Origin: a virus
Lineage: Duplodnaviria > Caudoviricetes
Length of the DNA stretch: 52,690 nucleotides
IMG/VR virus record: IMGVR_UViG_3300031237_000006
Location: 1 to 52,690 of that record
Strand: one strand, 5' to 3'
Both the position numbers and the translations under genes were made by a program. Under the pieces are notes generated by a model, which made no database searches, was not told where the DNA came from, and saw only the letters and a list, made by a program, of their open reading frames with translations. Positions 26,671 through 36,548 of the stretch are shown here, in pieces; within the stretch, counting starts at the first letter, position 1, and every line of letters begins with the position of its first letter.

Positions 26671-28533
26671 CTACGCGATTGCCAGCGTGATCGTCTGTGG
26701 CGTCGAGACCATGAATACGGCAAGTTGAATCACGTTAGAGAAGACCTCGGTCCCGAAGACCGTCCCGTCCGTGAGCGCGGCGCCAGCTCGATAGTGTCCA
26801 GACTGGCCGACAGGTACGGAGTACGAGTCAGCAGTCGAGCCAAGGGCTCTCGTGGCTGACTGGACATCAGTGAATGTAACACCACCGTCCGTACTCCGCT
26901 GGAAGCGTACACGTACACCCGTGTAGTTAACCGTATGCTCTAGAACCTGATTCGTGATCGCTACGTTGAGAATCGCCATGATCCCTGATCCCTCATTCTG
27001 TGCCGCGTTGAGTGTGTCGAAGTTGACGCCAATGTCTGAGCCATCTGCCGCCGTACCGATGAGTGGGCTTCCAGTAAGCAGAACCCCGGTTGAAAGATTG
27101 ATCCCGGCTGCGCTCGCGGAAGGCTGGAATACGACTCCGGCCAGTTGGCTTGCACTGCTCGCGCCAATCTCATGATTCGCTACGAACTCCCGGTCGGGAA
27201 CGAATCCGTCAAAGGCTGCTGTCGTCGGCTGTGCGCCTTGCGCTGTCACTCCACCGCTCAGCCCTCGTGCGTAGGCGTTGTGCTTGACGGTCAAGCGCGG
27301 CATCAGGTTCGGACCGTCCCAGGCGAAGAACATGCTCGTCGGTAGCAACGGGCCTTGGTTCGGTCCCTGGAGCGGGATACAGGTATTGTGCTCGATCCAC
27401 ACGTCATCGCATTTGTGGAGGAGCATGAAGAAACGCCCGACAATATCCACAAACATGTTATTCAGGAAGGCAAGCCTCGCGTGTGACATGCCATCCCAAA
27501 TTGTATTCACCGAGATTCCGCCGTTAGCGTTGCGGACGATGTTGTGGCGGAACATCACATCCTGCGTCGGAAGGCCCCGGTTCGAGAGCCCACCGTTGTA
27601 CAGGATGCTCGTCCCGTCCTGGCCTTGTGGCCAGCAGTTCGTCATTCGGTTGCCTTCGACAAGAATCCGGCGTCCAACCTTGATCTCGAAGTTGTTCTTG
27701 ATCGACCACTGTGTCCCTGACGGCGGAGGTATAAAATCAGGGTTTGCCGAACCATCCCGCAACAGTCGAAGCCAGTGGATCGGCTTGAAGAAGTCATTCC
27801 GCCTGAAGACGCCATCCGATGACCAAGTTGTCGTGGCTGCGCCTTCGTCACCCAGGATGACGCACTCGGCCGCGCCTTCGAGTTGACAGTTCTCAACATG
27901 GAAGCGCGTATTGTTGCGGAAGAAGATCGCCTGCGAGTCGCTATTGCCTTCGTTCTGCGCCTCGCTGATCCAGCAATCCCACAACTGAATATCGTCGGCA
28001 CCATAGATGAACATATCGCGGACAAGAAGCTGGTCCGCAAACCCATGAATGTAGCAATGCTCCAGAATCCAGCGATGACTGAACCAGATGTCGATGAGCC
28101 CAAACTGGAAACTGGATATGGCATGTTTTGCTTCCATGCCCTTGACGATCCAGCCATTAGATCCAAACGTTGCAGTCTGGCTGATAGCCCGCTGTGTATC
28201 ACCGGCGACAACCTGAAAACACTCGGCCGTATCAGCAGGCGTTACCCTGGTTCCGTCAGGCGGCAGGTTGCCAGACGAGATGATCCGCGTCCAGCCGGGG
28301 CCAGTTGTCGGCGGGAAGATGAGTTGGCTGTAGGTCACTCCGGCGGGCACGACAAGCGTATCGCCCTTGTGCGTACCGTCTGGATTCAGGGCCGCATTGA
28401 TAGCGGCCTGAAGATCACCTGGATTGCCTCCGACGCTGACGGTCGTACCGCCAAGATTAGCGGGCGGAGCCTGGGCAGTCCCACGCTTTTCGTTGACTGG
28501 CGTAGGGCTTGTCGGGGGGATTGCGTCAGCCAA
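26671..28533 (-). CDS. Right-handed beta-helix (pectin-lyase-like) protein with C-terminal Ig-like domain; putative depolymerase/spike
   Basis: DLQAAINAA...GDTLVV..G; KNNFEIK.GRRILVEGN; periodic N-ladder; ADGSDIGVN. Confidence 0.8.
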   Translation of the reverse strand: MADAIPPTSPTPVNEKRGTAQAPPANLGGTTVSVGGNPGDLQAAINAALNPDGTHKGDTLVVPAGVTYSQLIFPPTTGPGWTRIISSGNLPPDGTRVTPADTAECFQVVAGDTQRAISQTATFGSNGWIVKGMEAKHAISSFQFGLIDIWFSHRWILEHCYIHGFADQLLVRDMFIYGADDIQLWDCWISEAQNEGNSDSQAIFFRNNTRFHVENCQLEGAAECVILGDEGAATTTWSSDGVFRRNDFFKPIHWLRLLRDGSANPDFIPPPSGTQWSIKNNFEIKVGRRILVEGNRMTNCWPQGQDGTSILYNGGLSNRGLPTQDVMFRHNIVRNANGGISVNTIWDGMSHARLAFLNNMFVDIVGRFFMLLHKCDDVWIEHNTCIPLQGPNQGPLLPTSMFFAWDGPNLMPRLTVKHNAYARGLSGGVTAQGAQPTTAAFDGFVPDREFVANHEIGASSASQLAGVVFQPSASAAGINLSTGVLLTGSPLIGTAADGSDIGVNFDTLNAAQNEGSGIMAILNVAITNQVLEHTVNYTGVRVRFQRSTDGGVTFTDVQSATRALGSTADSYSVPVGQSGHYRAGAALTDGTVFGTEVFSNVIQLAVFMVSTPQTITLAIA

Positions 28534-28535
28534 TG

Positions 28536-29237
28536 CTAGCCTTCGGCGACCTTCGCCTCGCGCTTCGCCTTGGCCGCTGCCTGCGCCCGGGCCAGGGCCT
28601 CAATCTGCTTGGGTGTGCGCTCCTTCTTCTGGGCCTGGGCCAGCGGGGAGTTCGCCGTACCCTGTGGCGGCATCTCGGCAGGCCAATTGGCCTTGGCAGC
28701 AGGACTGAAAGCGAAGTTGCCTGGGATCTGGGCGTCGCTCATGAACGTCGCCGTCCCGCCGGTATCGTGAATACGCTCCGGGCGGAACCGCTCGACGTTG
28801 GCGAGGTCCGGGTCCTCGTTCCCAGGCTCAAGGACGAGCTGCGCCCGTTTCCACTGCTGAATCGCCTGCTTCGTCGGCTTGGCGTTCTCGATCCGCATGA
28901 ACCGGCCGACCGAGCCAGCCGGGTTTCGGCGCATATCTTCCCGAGGAACGAGGGCGGGGCGGATGTCCTGCTCCATCACCTCAGCCGCGAGCTTAGCGAT
29001 CAGGTCCTTCTTCTCGCCCTGGACCGGCTTGGCGATCTGGTGATCAACCATCTTGCCGAGTTCCTTGGCCTGCATCGCAGCCTTGCCACGGTTCGCGCCG
29101 GTCTGCCACGCGGGGCTCCCGGCGATGTCCTCCAGCCGGGCTTTCTCGCGGTTATATTCGTCAACCTGGTGATACCGGAGTGGGTTCTGGGGCTGGTCCT
29201 TCAGGGCGTGTTCGAGCTGCTTGACGGCCTCACTCAC
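28536..29237 (-). CDS. Hypothetical protein
   Basis: 233-aa ORF; GGAGG RBS. Confidence 0.7.
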   Translation of the reverse strand: MSEAVKQLEHALKDQPQNPLRYHQVDEYNREKARLEDIAGSPAWQTGANRGKAAMQAKELGKMVDHQIAKPVQGEKKDLIAKLAAEVMEQDIRPALVPREDMRRNPAGSVGRFMRIENAKPTKQAIQQWKRAQLVLEPGNEDPDLANVERFRPERIHDTGGTATFMSDAQIPGNFAFSPAAKANWPAEMPPQGTANSPLAQAQKKERTPKQIEALARAQAAAKAKREAKVAEG

Positions 29238-29470
29238 GATGCGCCTCCAGTTTGCGTATATCCATTATCCGAGGTAATGTTTGTCATTACATTGCCACTA
29301 CTACCGATTCCGCTTAATCCGCTAGTATCTCCGCCGCATGTAATCGTATACGGCTGGTAATAGGGATACGGCCAAGTGGTAGGATAGGGCCAGTAATACT
29401 GAACTGGACGTGGCGTATGTCCGCATGTCGGGCAATGGCCACAACTCGGGCAGGGCTTCTGGTCACTCAT
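29234..29470 (-). CDS. Small Cys/Tyr/Pro-rich phage protein
   Basis: CPSCGHCPTCG followed by YWPYP repeats. Confidence 0.6.
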   Translation of the reverse strand: MSDQKPCPSCGHCPTCGHTPRPVQYYWPYPTTWPYPYYQPYTITCGGDTSGLSGIGSSGNVMTNITSDNGYTQTGGAS

Positions 29471-29711
29471 GTGGGGTCTCCTGTGGGACTTCTTGTGGAA
29501 CAACAGTTGGTTTGTTCTGGTTGATAATCTCTTGCATCACAATCCTGAGCATCTTGTAGGCCGTCTCTGGCGTGACTGGCCCGGTCATTCCCTCGATCTG
29601 GTAGTTGATCGCGTTCGTCTCGTACATCGTAATGACGATCTCAGCGACCGGGCGAGGATCGAGCAACTGGCCCATATACTGCGCGAGTGGGGCAAAGAAT
29701 TGCTGGCTCAT
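29463..29711 (-). CDS. Hypothetical protein
   Basis: ATGA coupling to the ligase-like gene. Confidence 0.55.
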   Translation of the reverse strand: MSQQFFAPLAQYMGQLLDPRPVAEIVITMYETNAINYQIEGMTGPVTPETAYKMLRIVMQEIINQNKPTVVPQEVPQETPHE

Positions 29712-30784
29712 CCAAGTCGCGCCATGATCTGAATGAGACAGAGCGCGGCCAGGCCGACGATAGGTGCGACGCGGACTGGGAAGTTCCCCAGAGAGGCGAT
29801 CAGCATGGCTAGGACGCATCCGGTGTAGGGATCTCCAAGCGACAGCCCTGAAGACACTGACCAGGCGTACCACACCAAGGCGACCACACCGAGTACGCCG
29901 TACTCGTACAGAAACTCGACGTAATCATTGTGAGCTTCCTTGTACTCTTCGCTCAGCTTGTGGTTGTAGATCCACGTCCGGCCATCTTCGTGAAACGAAT
30001 CCCCGCCATGACCGATCAACCAATACGGCCAGACCTGAGTCTTCCACAGAGCGACTCGCCAGACTGTTAACCGAGTCCTGACGGCATCATTCAGCAACCG
30101 TGCCTTGACATGCCCACTATTCCACTTGACGAACCGATGAAGCACTCCGGCGATCAGTCCGAATACCGCGACGGGCCAGAGTTGTGGCTGGACCCACATC
30201 AGCCCGGCTGAGGCGGCAGCGTAACCGACGCTGGACCTTGCTAGGATCAACCCAGGCAGGTACAGAGCCGCGAGCACCCAACCGTACCCAGTCACAAACC
30301 CGAGCGGGATGAGCATCCCGAGATAGATACCTAAGCCCGTCCGATGCCCGAGCGTTCCGATCACATGCCCAGGAATACGTAGGAGCGGCCATTCTTTCCA
30401 CTGACTGAAGGCAAGTCCGCTCTGGAACACACCGACTGCCAGCGCCAACCATACCCCTGCCAGTCTCATCTCCGGCGGAGCTTGCAAGCCTACATAGACG
30501 ACCGCAGCAGCAGTGGGCCAGAGGAGGCCACCCGAACGGATGACCCACCCCCTGACCCACCACCACCCCGTCGCCTGTGCCGCGAGGAGGCCCCAGGCGG
30601 GCACGACACAAGCGGCGAACAGGGCTCCGATACCCAGTCTGAAAATCGCTCCCGGCACTTCGCGTGTGGACCACGCGCGACCACGCCACGCCAGAGACAC
30701 CAGAACGATGCCCAGCGGGAGCAGTGCGATAAGCACCGGCAAGAGCCCTGCCGGATTCATCAACGTACTCACTGGCGTACCCAT
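29708..30784 (-). CDS. O-antigen ligase/O-oligosaccharyltransferase-like (Wzy_C) membrane protein
   Basis: About 10 TM helices; GTLGH, R...W, IGHG..SF, AHNDYVE.LYE.G..G. Confidence 0.85.
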   Translation of the reverse strand: MGTPVSTLMNPAGLLPVLIALLPLGIVLVSLAWRGRAWSTREVPGAIFRLGIGALFAACVVPAWGLLAAQATGWWWVRGWVIRSGGLLWPTAAAVVYVGLQAPPEMRLAGVWLALAVGVFQSGLAFSQWKEWPLLRIPGHVIGTLGHRTGLGIYLGMLIPLGFVTGYGWVLAALYLPGLILARSSVGYAAASAGLMWVQPQLWPVAVFGLIAGVLHRFVKWNSGHVKARLLNDAVRTRLTVWRVALWKTQVWPYWLIGHGGDSFHEDGRTWIYNHKLSEEYKEAHNDYVEFLYEYGVLGVVALVWYAWSVSSGLSLGDPYTGCVLAMLIASLGNFPVRVAPIVGLAALCLIQIMARLG

Positions 30785-31365
30785 GTGACGCAGAGATAGC
30801 CGTCTGGGTCGTCATCTTTCTTGGCCCAGATATTCGTGTCTTGTCGTGTGTGAGCATGTCCACGCCAGAGAAACCCAGTCTCCTGACACCAGTCCTGTAC
30901 TTCCTTGATCGTGACAACCCGATGCTTCTCAGCGATACTTGACTGCGTGGCGACTGGCCCTGCCATCATGACCAGCAACCCGCCGGGCTTCAGCACCCTG
31001 GCGCATTCCCGGAGCATAGTGATGGGGCCATCTGGCCTTAGATCATCTCCATACCGCCCTGTCCCGACGTGACAAATGACACAGGTACTTGATATGGCAT
31101 CAAATGTTTCATCATCAAACGGCTGCTGACATGCGTCTCCAAGCTTGACATCAACCTCTGGACCGATCAGCGATGGTGGAGTCCGTATATCGAGATACGT
31201 GACCTGCCATTCCTGCTTGACCAGCGATCGAACCTCTTTCATTGGCGACCCGATGATTAAGCATCGGCGCTGCTGTCCGAGGCCCAACGCCTGAGTCGCC
31301 CAGATTTCTGCGGCTCGGTACGTCGGCAAATCCATCCATGATTCGTCTAGTGTTTGATAGACCAT
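30769..31365 (-). CDS. Class I SAM-dependent methyltransferase
   Basis: LIIGS, YLDI, GDA...PF.DETFDAI.S..V..H.G.GRYGD, E..RVLKPGG. Confidence 0.85.
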   Translation of the reverse strand: MVYQTLDESWMDLPTYRAAEIWATQALGLGQQRRCLIIGSPMKEVRSLVKQEWQVTYLDIRTPPSLIGPEVDVKLGDACQQPFDDETFDAISSTCVICHVGTGRYGDDLRPDGPITMLRECARVLKPGGLLVMMAGPVATQSSIAEKHRVVTIKEVQDWCQETGFLWRGHAHTRQDTNIWAKKDDDPDGYLCVTWVRQ

Positions 31366-31404
31366 ACGGCGGGAGCCTCCCGACCCCGCGTGTGACGGTA
31401 AGAG

Positions 31405-32463
31405 TTAGACGCTGCTGATAATCTGGTAGACCGACGCGACGCCCACGTTGCCCGGAGGCAGATCGGAAGCGTTGCCGTTGTTACCGCCGTAGCACTCTAC
31501 GAGCGAGATCACGCCAGTTGCCCAGTTATCGACCTGCGAGTTGGCTGCCGTGCTCAGGCGCGGCGGGAAGCGACAATCGTGCGCCGCTACCTTATTTGCC
31601 AGCGTTCCGGCATTGGTCCCATCAAGGCTTACACCAATGCCAGTCGTGCCCTGTGCGGTCCACGTGCAATGCTTGATGAAGACGTATCCAGTTCCGGTTG
31701 CCACGGCGAATGGAGACGCCCACGCGCCAGACCTGTTGTGGAAACGTCCACCGACGACAGTCAAATCGGCCGTCGCGGTCAGAATAGCCGGTCCATTCGC
31801 TCCGGCAGACACCGCAGCGAAATGTGCAAGATACGCAGTCGCCCGCTGAGAAGTCTGAGTCAGCCGGGTCATCGAGCGAGTTGCCAGCCCTGCCGTGTCC
31901 GCCCGGTATCCGAAGTCGATACCAGACGTATCGAGCGAAACCGCCCCCTTCGTCAGATTCAGCACGAAGTCATGCATATACAGACCGTCAGGGGAGGCGT
32001 TGCGGAAGATGACTCCACCGAAGCCGGAAGCAGGCTGAATCTCCAGGAAGCAGATTTCGACGTTATCCGCCTCGATAGAGAATCCAGGGGCAGCCGCCGT
32101 AGCGAAGCTGACGATGCTCTTCATCCCCGAGCCACTCAGAGCCGAAGAGGTAACAACGTCCGAACCAAACGCGCTACGGACACCCGCGATGGTAATGCCA
32201 GCCTTCTGCACGCGGACAGTAGCAGAAGGCGAATGCGTCCCTTCGAGTAGAACGATAGCCTCCCCAGCGGAGGCGGTAATATTGGTCAATGCCTGACTAA
32301 TCGTCAGCAGCGCCCGCTCGGGGCTCAAGCCGTCATTGTCATCGCTCGCGCTAAACGAGCGCCCGTCTACCGTGTAGCTCGCAGACGGTGCGACGAAATG
32401 GACCCGGCCGAGCTGAGCCGGGACAGAGCCGAAATACGTTCCATACTTCGTGAGATACGGCAT
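31405..32463 (-). CDS. Beta-helix (pectin-lyase-like) virion protein
   Basis: FV...ASDDNDGLSPERALLTISQAL...GEAIVLLEG.H. Confidence 0.75.
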   Translation of the reverse strand: MPYLTKYGTYFGSVPAQLGRVHFVAPSASYTVDGRSFSASDDNDGLSPERALLTISQALTNITASAGEAIVLLEGTHSPSATVRVQKAGITIAGVRSAFGSDVVTSSALSGSGMKSIVSFATAAAPGFSIEADNVEICFLEIQPASGFGGVIFRNASPDGLYMHDFVLNLTKGAVSLDTSGIDFGYRADTAGLATRSMTRLTQTSQRATAYLAHFAAVSAGANGPAILTATADLTVVGGRFHNRSGAWASPFAVATGTGYVFIKHCTWTAQGTTGIGVSLDGTNAGTLANKVAAHDCRFPPRLSTAANSQVDNWATGVISLVECYGGNNGNASDLPPGNVGVASVYQIISSV

Positions 32464-32521
32464 AGTGGCGTTAGTCCTTTATGGGCACCGCACCCGTTGC
32501 CCTGAGTGTGTGCGTAAGTGG

Positions 32522-32749
32522 TTAGTCCACGCCGTCCTTGACGACGCGGGTTTTGACGATAGGAAACTTGGCCGTCCGGTTCAGCGACGTACCCCAGTTC
32601 GGACCCGGCTTCGGCCAGTTGATCGGGTCATCCTTCTGCGCGCCGTCATGCTCAGCGCCAAAGTGCCCCTTCCGTGCTTTGACGCCAGGACCAGAACTAT
32701 TCTTGTTCTGGCGGCGTGACTTGAACTCGCTGTAATTCTGATTGCTCAC
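32522..32749 (-). CDS. Small basic protein
   Basis: GGAGG RBS. Confidence 0.55.
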   Translation of the reverse strand: MSNQNYSEFKSRRQNKNSSGPGVKARKGHFGAEHDGAQKDDPINWPKPGPNWGTSLNRTAKFPIVKTRVVKDGVD

Positions 32750-33111
32750 TTCATACCTCCGAGCTTCTTCATGTAATCCATCAGCGACTTGGCCGGTGCA
32801 GGGGATTCCTTCTGCATCGGCTTCATCGACTTACGCATCTCCTGCATGGTCCCAGGCTGACGCCTCGCCGCCTGCTCAGTCATCCGGTCCATCGTGGCGT
32901 ACGGGTCGTCCTGCTCTGGATGCTTCGGCGGAGAATGCTTGATGACCTTCCGTCCCATGCAGGACTCACACGCACCTGACTTGCTCGAATAGCCTTTCAT
33001 CTTGTTTTTGGTGGCGTAGAAGACGCGCTCTCCTTTCTCACTGCCGTACTCGGCTTTCATCTTCTTCATGACAGACTCGCCTTTCCCGCCGTAATACTTG
33101 GAGAGCGGCAT
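32746..33111 (-). CDS. Small basic Lys/Met-rich phage protein
   Basis: MPL...G..VM..MK.EYG..KGERVFYATKNK motif. Confidence 0.7.
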   Translation of the reverse strand: MPLSKYYGGKGESVMKKMKAEYGSEKGERVFYATKNKMKGYSSKSGACESCMGRKVIKHSPPKHPEQDDPYATMDRMTEQAARRQPGTMQEMRKSMKPMQKESPAPAKSLMDYMKKLGGMK

Positions 33112-33186
33112 CCTACTTCCCCTTCTTCCCCTTGACGCGGATCTTCTTCACGTAGTTGAGTGACTTCGGCCAGCCCTTGCCAGGCA

Positions 33187-34113
33187 TCAGCTGACCTGCG
33201 AGCCGAGAATCCAGCGCCAGTCCCTCCAGCCGAGGCCGTAGCGGGCGTAGAGCCGCCACTTCCCGACGAAGGTGTCGAAGTCCTCAACCATCCCGAACTC
33301 CTGCTTGACGCGCTCGACCCATTTCAGCGCGTCCTTCATCATCGAGGAATCGACCATGAACCAGTCGTTCGTATCGGTCAGATACTCCCAGTCCTTCCCG
33401 GAGTACCCGCCTTTGTGAACGTTCTTGTTGTTGTTGGCAGTATCAGGCAGCCCCTCAGACTCGATGATCTCGTAGGCGGTCTGATACAGGTTGACAGGGT
33501 AGATGAGCGTATCTGGCATCACGCTGATGCGCTCCGCCCGGTCACCACGGAAGCCACGGAACTGAATCCGAGCCGCAGCAACTGACACTGCCGATAGCGC
33601 GGCGGTAATCATGTTGTCGAAACCAGCCGAGGTGCTTGCCCCAGAGGTCGTTGTATGCGAATTGGAGCAAAGCGCAACGCCTTCGGTGTTGTTCAGCCAG
33701 GTAGTGTCAATGCTGAAAGCATTGTTGAAGACAGAAGCCGCATGCTTCTGGCGCGTCCGCTGGAACGCGGTCGCCATACCACGGGGCTTGCCGTCGATGA
33801 TACCCGTCAGGTCGTCATCGAACAGCTTCCGGTCGATCTGGAAGCCCTTCGAGTATTCCTTCGGGGTGATCGTGACATCGTAGCCCTGGTTCACGTCATC
33901 GTAATTGACGGTCCCCGTGTGCTCTTCAACGTCACCGAAGGTACCGACCGCCGACATGACGTAACGATCCTTCGTCGGGGCATCGGCACCACTGACCACA
34001 TCGTAGAAATCGCTGATGCGGTCATGAAGCTGCTTGTAGGTATCGTTGTAGACTTTCTGAATCCGAGGGTCGAGCAGGTCTGCAAAGTTTGCAGACGTGG
34101 ACGGAACAGCCAT
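33187..34113 (-). CDS. Major capsid protein (HK97 fold, Mu gpT-like)
   Basis: FADLLDP, Y.KGF.I.RKL.DDD, A.VFNNAF, GVALCS..H, YLTD...WF, RY..GW.DWR. Confidence 0.9.
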   Translation of the reverse strand: MAVPSTSANFADLLDPRIQKVYNDTYKQLHDRISDFYDVVSGADAPTKDRYVMSAVGTFGDVEEHTGTVNYDDVNQGYDVTITPKEYSKGFQIDRKLFDDDLTGIIDGKPRGMATAFQRTRQKHAASVFNNAFSIDTTWLNNTEGVALCSNSHTTTSGASTSAGFDNMITAALSAVSVAAARIQFRGFRGDRAERISVMPDTLIYPVNLYQTAYEIIESEGLPDTANNNKNVHKGGYSGKDWEYLTDTNDWFMVDSSMMKDALKWVERVKQEFGMVEDFDTFVGKWRLYARYGLGWRDWRWILGSQVS

Positions 34114-34193
34114 AGTAAGTTGGTCCTATGTGTACGGCGGGTACTGATGCGGCGCCCGTCGAAGGCCGCGCCGCTAGCCTGAGCGAGAACTCG

Positions 34194-34958
34194 TTACGCG
34201 AGCGGCTGGATCAGCAGACGAACCGGCTTGCTGTAGAGATAACCGTCCAGACGGCCACGCGAAGGCGAGTTGATGTCATAGGAGATATCGAGGTGAGCAA
34301 ATCGCACACCGGCCGTGGTCGATGCGACAGACGCATCCGCCTCGGTCGCCAGCGTGCCCGGGGTCGCCGTGAGGGTGAGGTCGTCGCCACCCACGACAGT
34401 CGCCGCACCCGGGAAGTAGGGGACGGCGGTGAACGTATCCCCAGACGCGATAGCATAGGGGAAGGGCACGACCACGGTGAAGACGGTCGCGCTGACGGTC
34501 GTGATCTTCCGGCGCTGCCCGGCGTTGGCGCCCGTCAGGCAGATCAGGGTACCGTCCAGCATGGTGGGCGAGTTCGGTACGATATCGCCCGTGGTGATCG
34601 TGACCGCCGTGCCACCCGACGAGGCCGCCGAGTTGGTGATGAGCGGCAGCGCGGTGCCGGCCGTGGTCGACCCGGACATCCGATTGCGGATCACGGGGTC
34701 ACCATTGACCACGAGCGAAACCTGCGCGGCGCCGCTCGCCTGAATCGTGGACTGCGTGGTGGTGTAGGTAGCCGTGTCAAGCGACAGGCCGACGTACTCA
34801 GCTAGCGTGCCAGCCGCCATCGGGGCTACACCAGCCGTGGTGGTGGCGCTCGCAATCGCCGGGCAACCCGCGACCGTGAAGTCGGGAGTACCGGCGGCGA
34901 CCATGTATTTCTTGATGACGGGAGCCCCGCCACCGAGGAGATAACCAAGATTAGACAT
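34194..34958 (-). CDS. Putative capsid decoration/cement protein
   Basis: Ala/Thr-rich beta protein between scaffold and capsid genes. Confidence 0.6.
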   Translation of the reverse strand: MSNLGYLLGGGAPVIKKYMVAAGTPDFTVAGCPAIASATTTAGVAPMAAGTLAEYVGLSLDTATYTTTQSTIQASGAAQVSLVVNGDPVIRNRMSGSTTAGTALPLITNSAASSGGTAVTITTGDIVPNSPTMLDGTLICLTGANAGQRRKITTVSATVFTVVVPFPYAIASGDTFTAVPYFPGAATVVGGDDLTLTATPGTLATEADASVASTTAGVRFAHLDISYDINSPSRGRLDGYLYSKPVRLLIQPLA

Positions 34959-35309
34959 TTACCGTTGTGTCCTCAGGGACCATCGCCCACGCCTGGTCGA
35001 GATAGGACGGTTCTCCCATTCCCCGACGAGATCGTGAGTTGATTGGTGAATAAACGCACGGCCATGGAGCGTATACTGCCCGCATCCGTCACACAGGCCA
35101 TGCACGTATGTTTCTCTCCGCCACGTCTCGTAGCGGTTCTTTCGTGGATTGAACTTCGGGTTACAGAACTCACAGAAGACGACCATCGCCGACTGCTCGG
35201 TCAGATCGCTCACGTGACTGCCAGCCAGCTTGCCACGCGGGCCGACAGGAGCGGCAGCCATGTACTCAAAATCTGCTGCCGCGATACGAGATGCTTCAGC
35301 CACGCTCAC
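34959..35309 (-). CDS. Zinc-binding hypothetical protein
   Basis: CEFC...CDGC. Confidence 0.6.
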   Translation of the reverse strand: MSVAEASRIAAADFEYMAAAPVGPRGKLAGSHVSDLTEQSAMVVFCEFCNPKFNPRKNRYETWRRETYVHGLCDGCGQYTLHGRAFIHQSTHDLVGEWENRPISTRRGRWSLRTQR

Positions 35310-36111
35310 GTGCCCCAGTCCCCTGCCGGACCTTCCGACCCTTCGGGATGTACTGAGCTTCCTCGATCATCTGCTCTCGGCTATACCCTTTCCGCTCCCA
35401 GAAACTGATATACGTCGGATCAACATCCTTGAGCGGATCAGCGCCGTTGGTCTGCGCAGCTGGTGTTCTCACGCCTCCAGTCCTAGTTTCAACATGGGGA
35501 AGTGAATCCGTTCGTGACTGCTGCCGCCTCTGAGAGGAGGCCGTCATCCGCTCTAGACTGCCATACGTGGCACGGAGCGCCGCCCGCTGGACCCGAAGAT
35601 CCGTGACAGGGAGCCCCATGTCTTCTGACAGCCGGTACGCTTCGTCAGCCACTTTCTGAAACTCCTGCGAGTTGTTATCCCGCAGGCTCGGAACCTTGCT
35701 GATGTACTGATCGACTTCGGTCTTCGCCGCCTGAAGCTTTGTCGCCAAAGTCTGCATCTGGACCGCCTGCAACGTCGTCTGCGTCGCCGCCGCCTGCGCG
35801 TTCTGCTTGCTCAGGATGTCAGCGGCCTGCATCGGGGTGATCCGTCCCTGGTCTACGAGAGCCTGGAGTTGATTCGGGTCCACGTAGACCGGGCCAGTCT
35901 GTTGCGGCCTCTGCTGCTGTTGCGCCTGCTGGAGCATGCCTTCCATCCGAGCCGCACGCTCTTCAGCCTGTTTCATCCGGGAGTACACCTCTTCAAACCG
36001 GGCACCCCCAGGCTGGAGCGGATGAGGAGCCTCAGTCGTTTCCTGAGTAGTCTCAGTCACCTGTTCAGTCTCGACGACCTGTTCAGTCTGCTGCTCAGTC
36101 TCTTCTGGCAT
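35296..36111 (-). CDS. Putative scaffolding protein
   Basis: Acidic N-terminus, RFEEV, coiled coil; located between portal and capsid genes. Confidence 0.75.
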   Translation of the reverse strand: MPEETEQQTEQVVETEQVTETTQETTEAPHPLQPGGARFEEVYSRMKQAEERAARMEGMLQQAQQQQRPQQTGPVYVDPNQLQALVDQGRITPMQAADILSKQNAQAAATQTTLQAVQMQTLATKLQAAKTEVDQYISKVPSLRDNNSQEFQKVADEAYRLSEDMGLPVTDLRVQRAALRATYGSLERMTASSQRRQQSRTDSLPHVETRTGGVRTPAAQTNGADPLKDVDPTYISFWERKGYSREQMIEEAQYIPKGRKVRQGTGARERG

Positions 36112-36152
36112 ACTGTTCTCCTACGCCCTTTCGATGGCGGCTCGTTGAACGA

Positions 36153-36548
36153 TCACGACCCTTTGGTGGTCGACCCCGCTAGCGGCGACCTAGCAATATC
36201 TCGCCCGATTTCTAGTGCTTGTGGAATCAGGGACGCGGCGTACCGGAGTCCGGCAATCTCCGCGTCCATCGCATTCAGGTTGATCTTCAGCAGTTCAAGG
36301 TCATGGCCCATCTCGTTCCCGGTCACCATGCGCTCGGCCGTCGCGTCGCGCTTCCCCTGGATCTCCTTGATCCGTGACTCGATCTTGTCGGCGTACATCT
36401 GCCAACCTGGGTGATCCAGGACCATCTGAGCCTTGTGTGTGATATCCATGATCTGCGGCATACGCTGCTCGAACACATGCCGGACATGTTCCTTCTCCGA
36501 TTGATTCCGGCGCTCCAGCAGATCAATGTATTCCTTCAGGTCAGGCAT
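36153..36548 (-). CDS. Hypothetical protein following the portal
   Basis: L.HPGW motif; helical. Confidence 0.65.
   Translation of the reverse strand: MPDLKEYIDLLERRNQSEKEHVRHVFEQRMPQIMDITHKAQMVLDHPGWQMYADKIESRIKEIQGKRDATAERMVTGNEMGHDLELLKINLNAMDAEIAGLRYAASLIPQALEIGRDIARSPLAGSTTKGS

Noticed and set aside
16809-28533. Diversity-generating retroelement acting on fibre genes
   Set aside because: No reverse transcriptase and no TR/VR repeat pair is visible.
26954-29360. Long + strand ORFs antisense to structural genes (also 30117-30917 on the - strand in an alternative frame)
   Set aside because: These are shadow ORFs of GC-rich coding sequence with no motifs or RBS.
34140-34180. GC-rich hairpin before the major capsid gene as a terminator or riboswitch
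   Set aside because: There is no U-tract or aptamer signature; at most it is an mRNA-stabilising stem.
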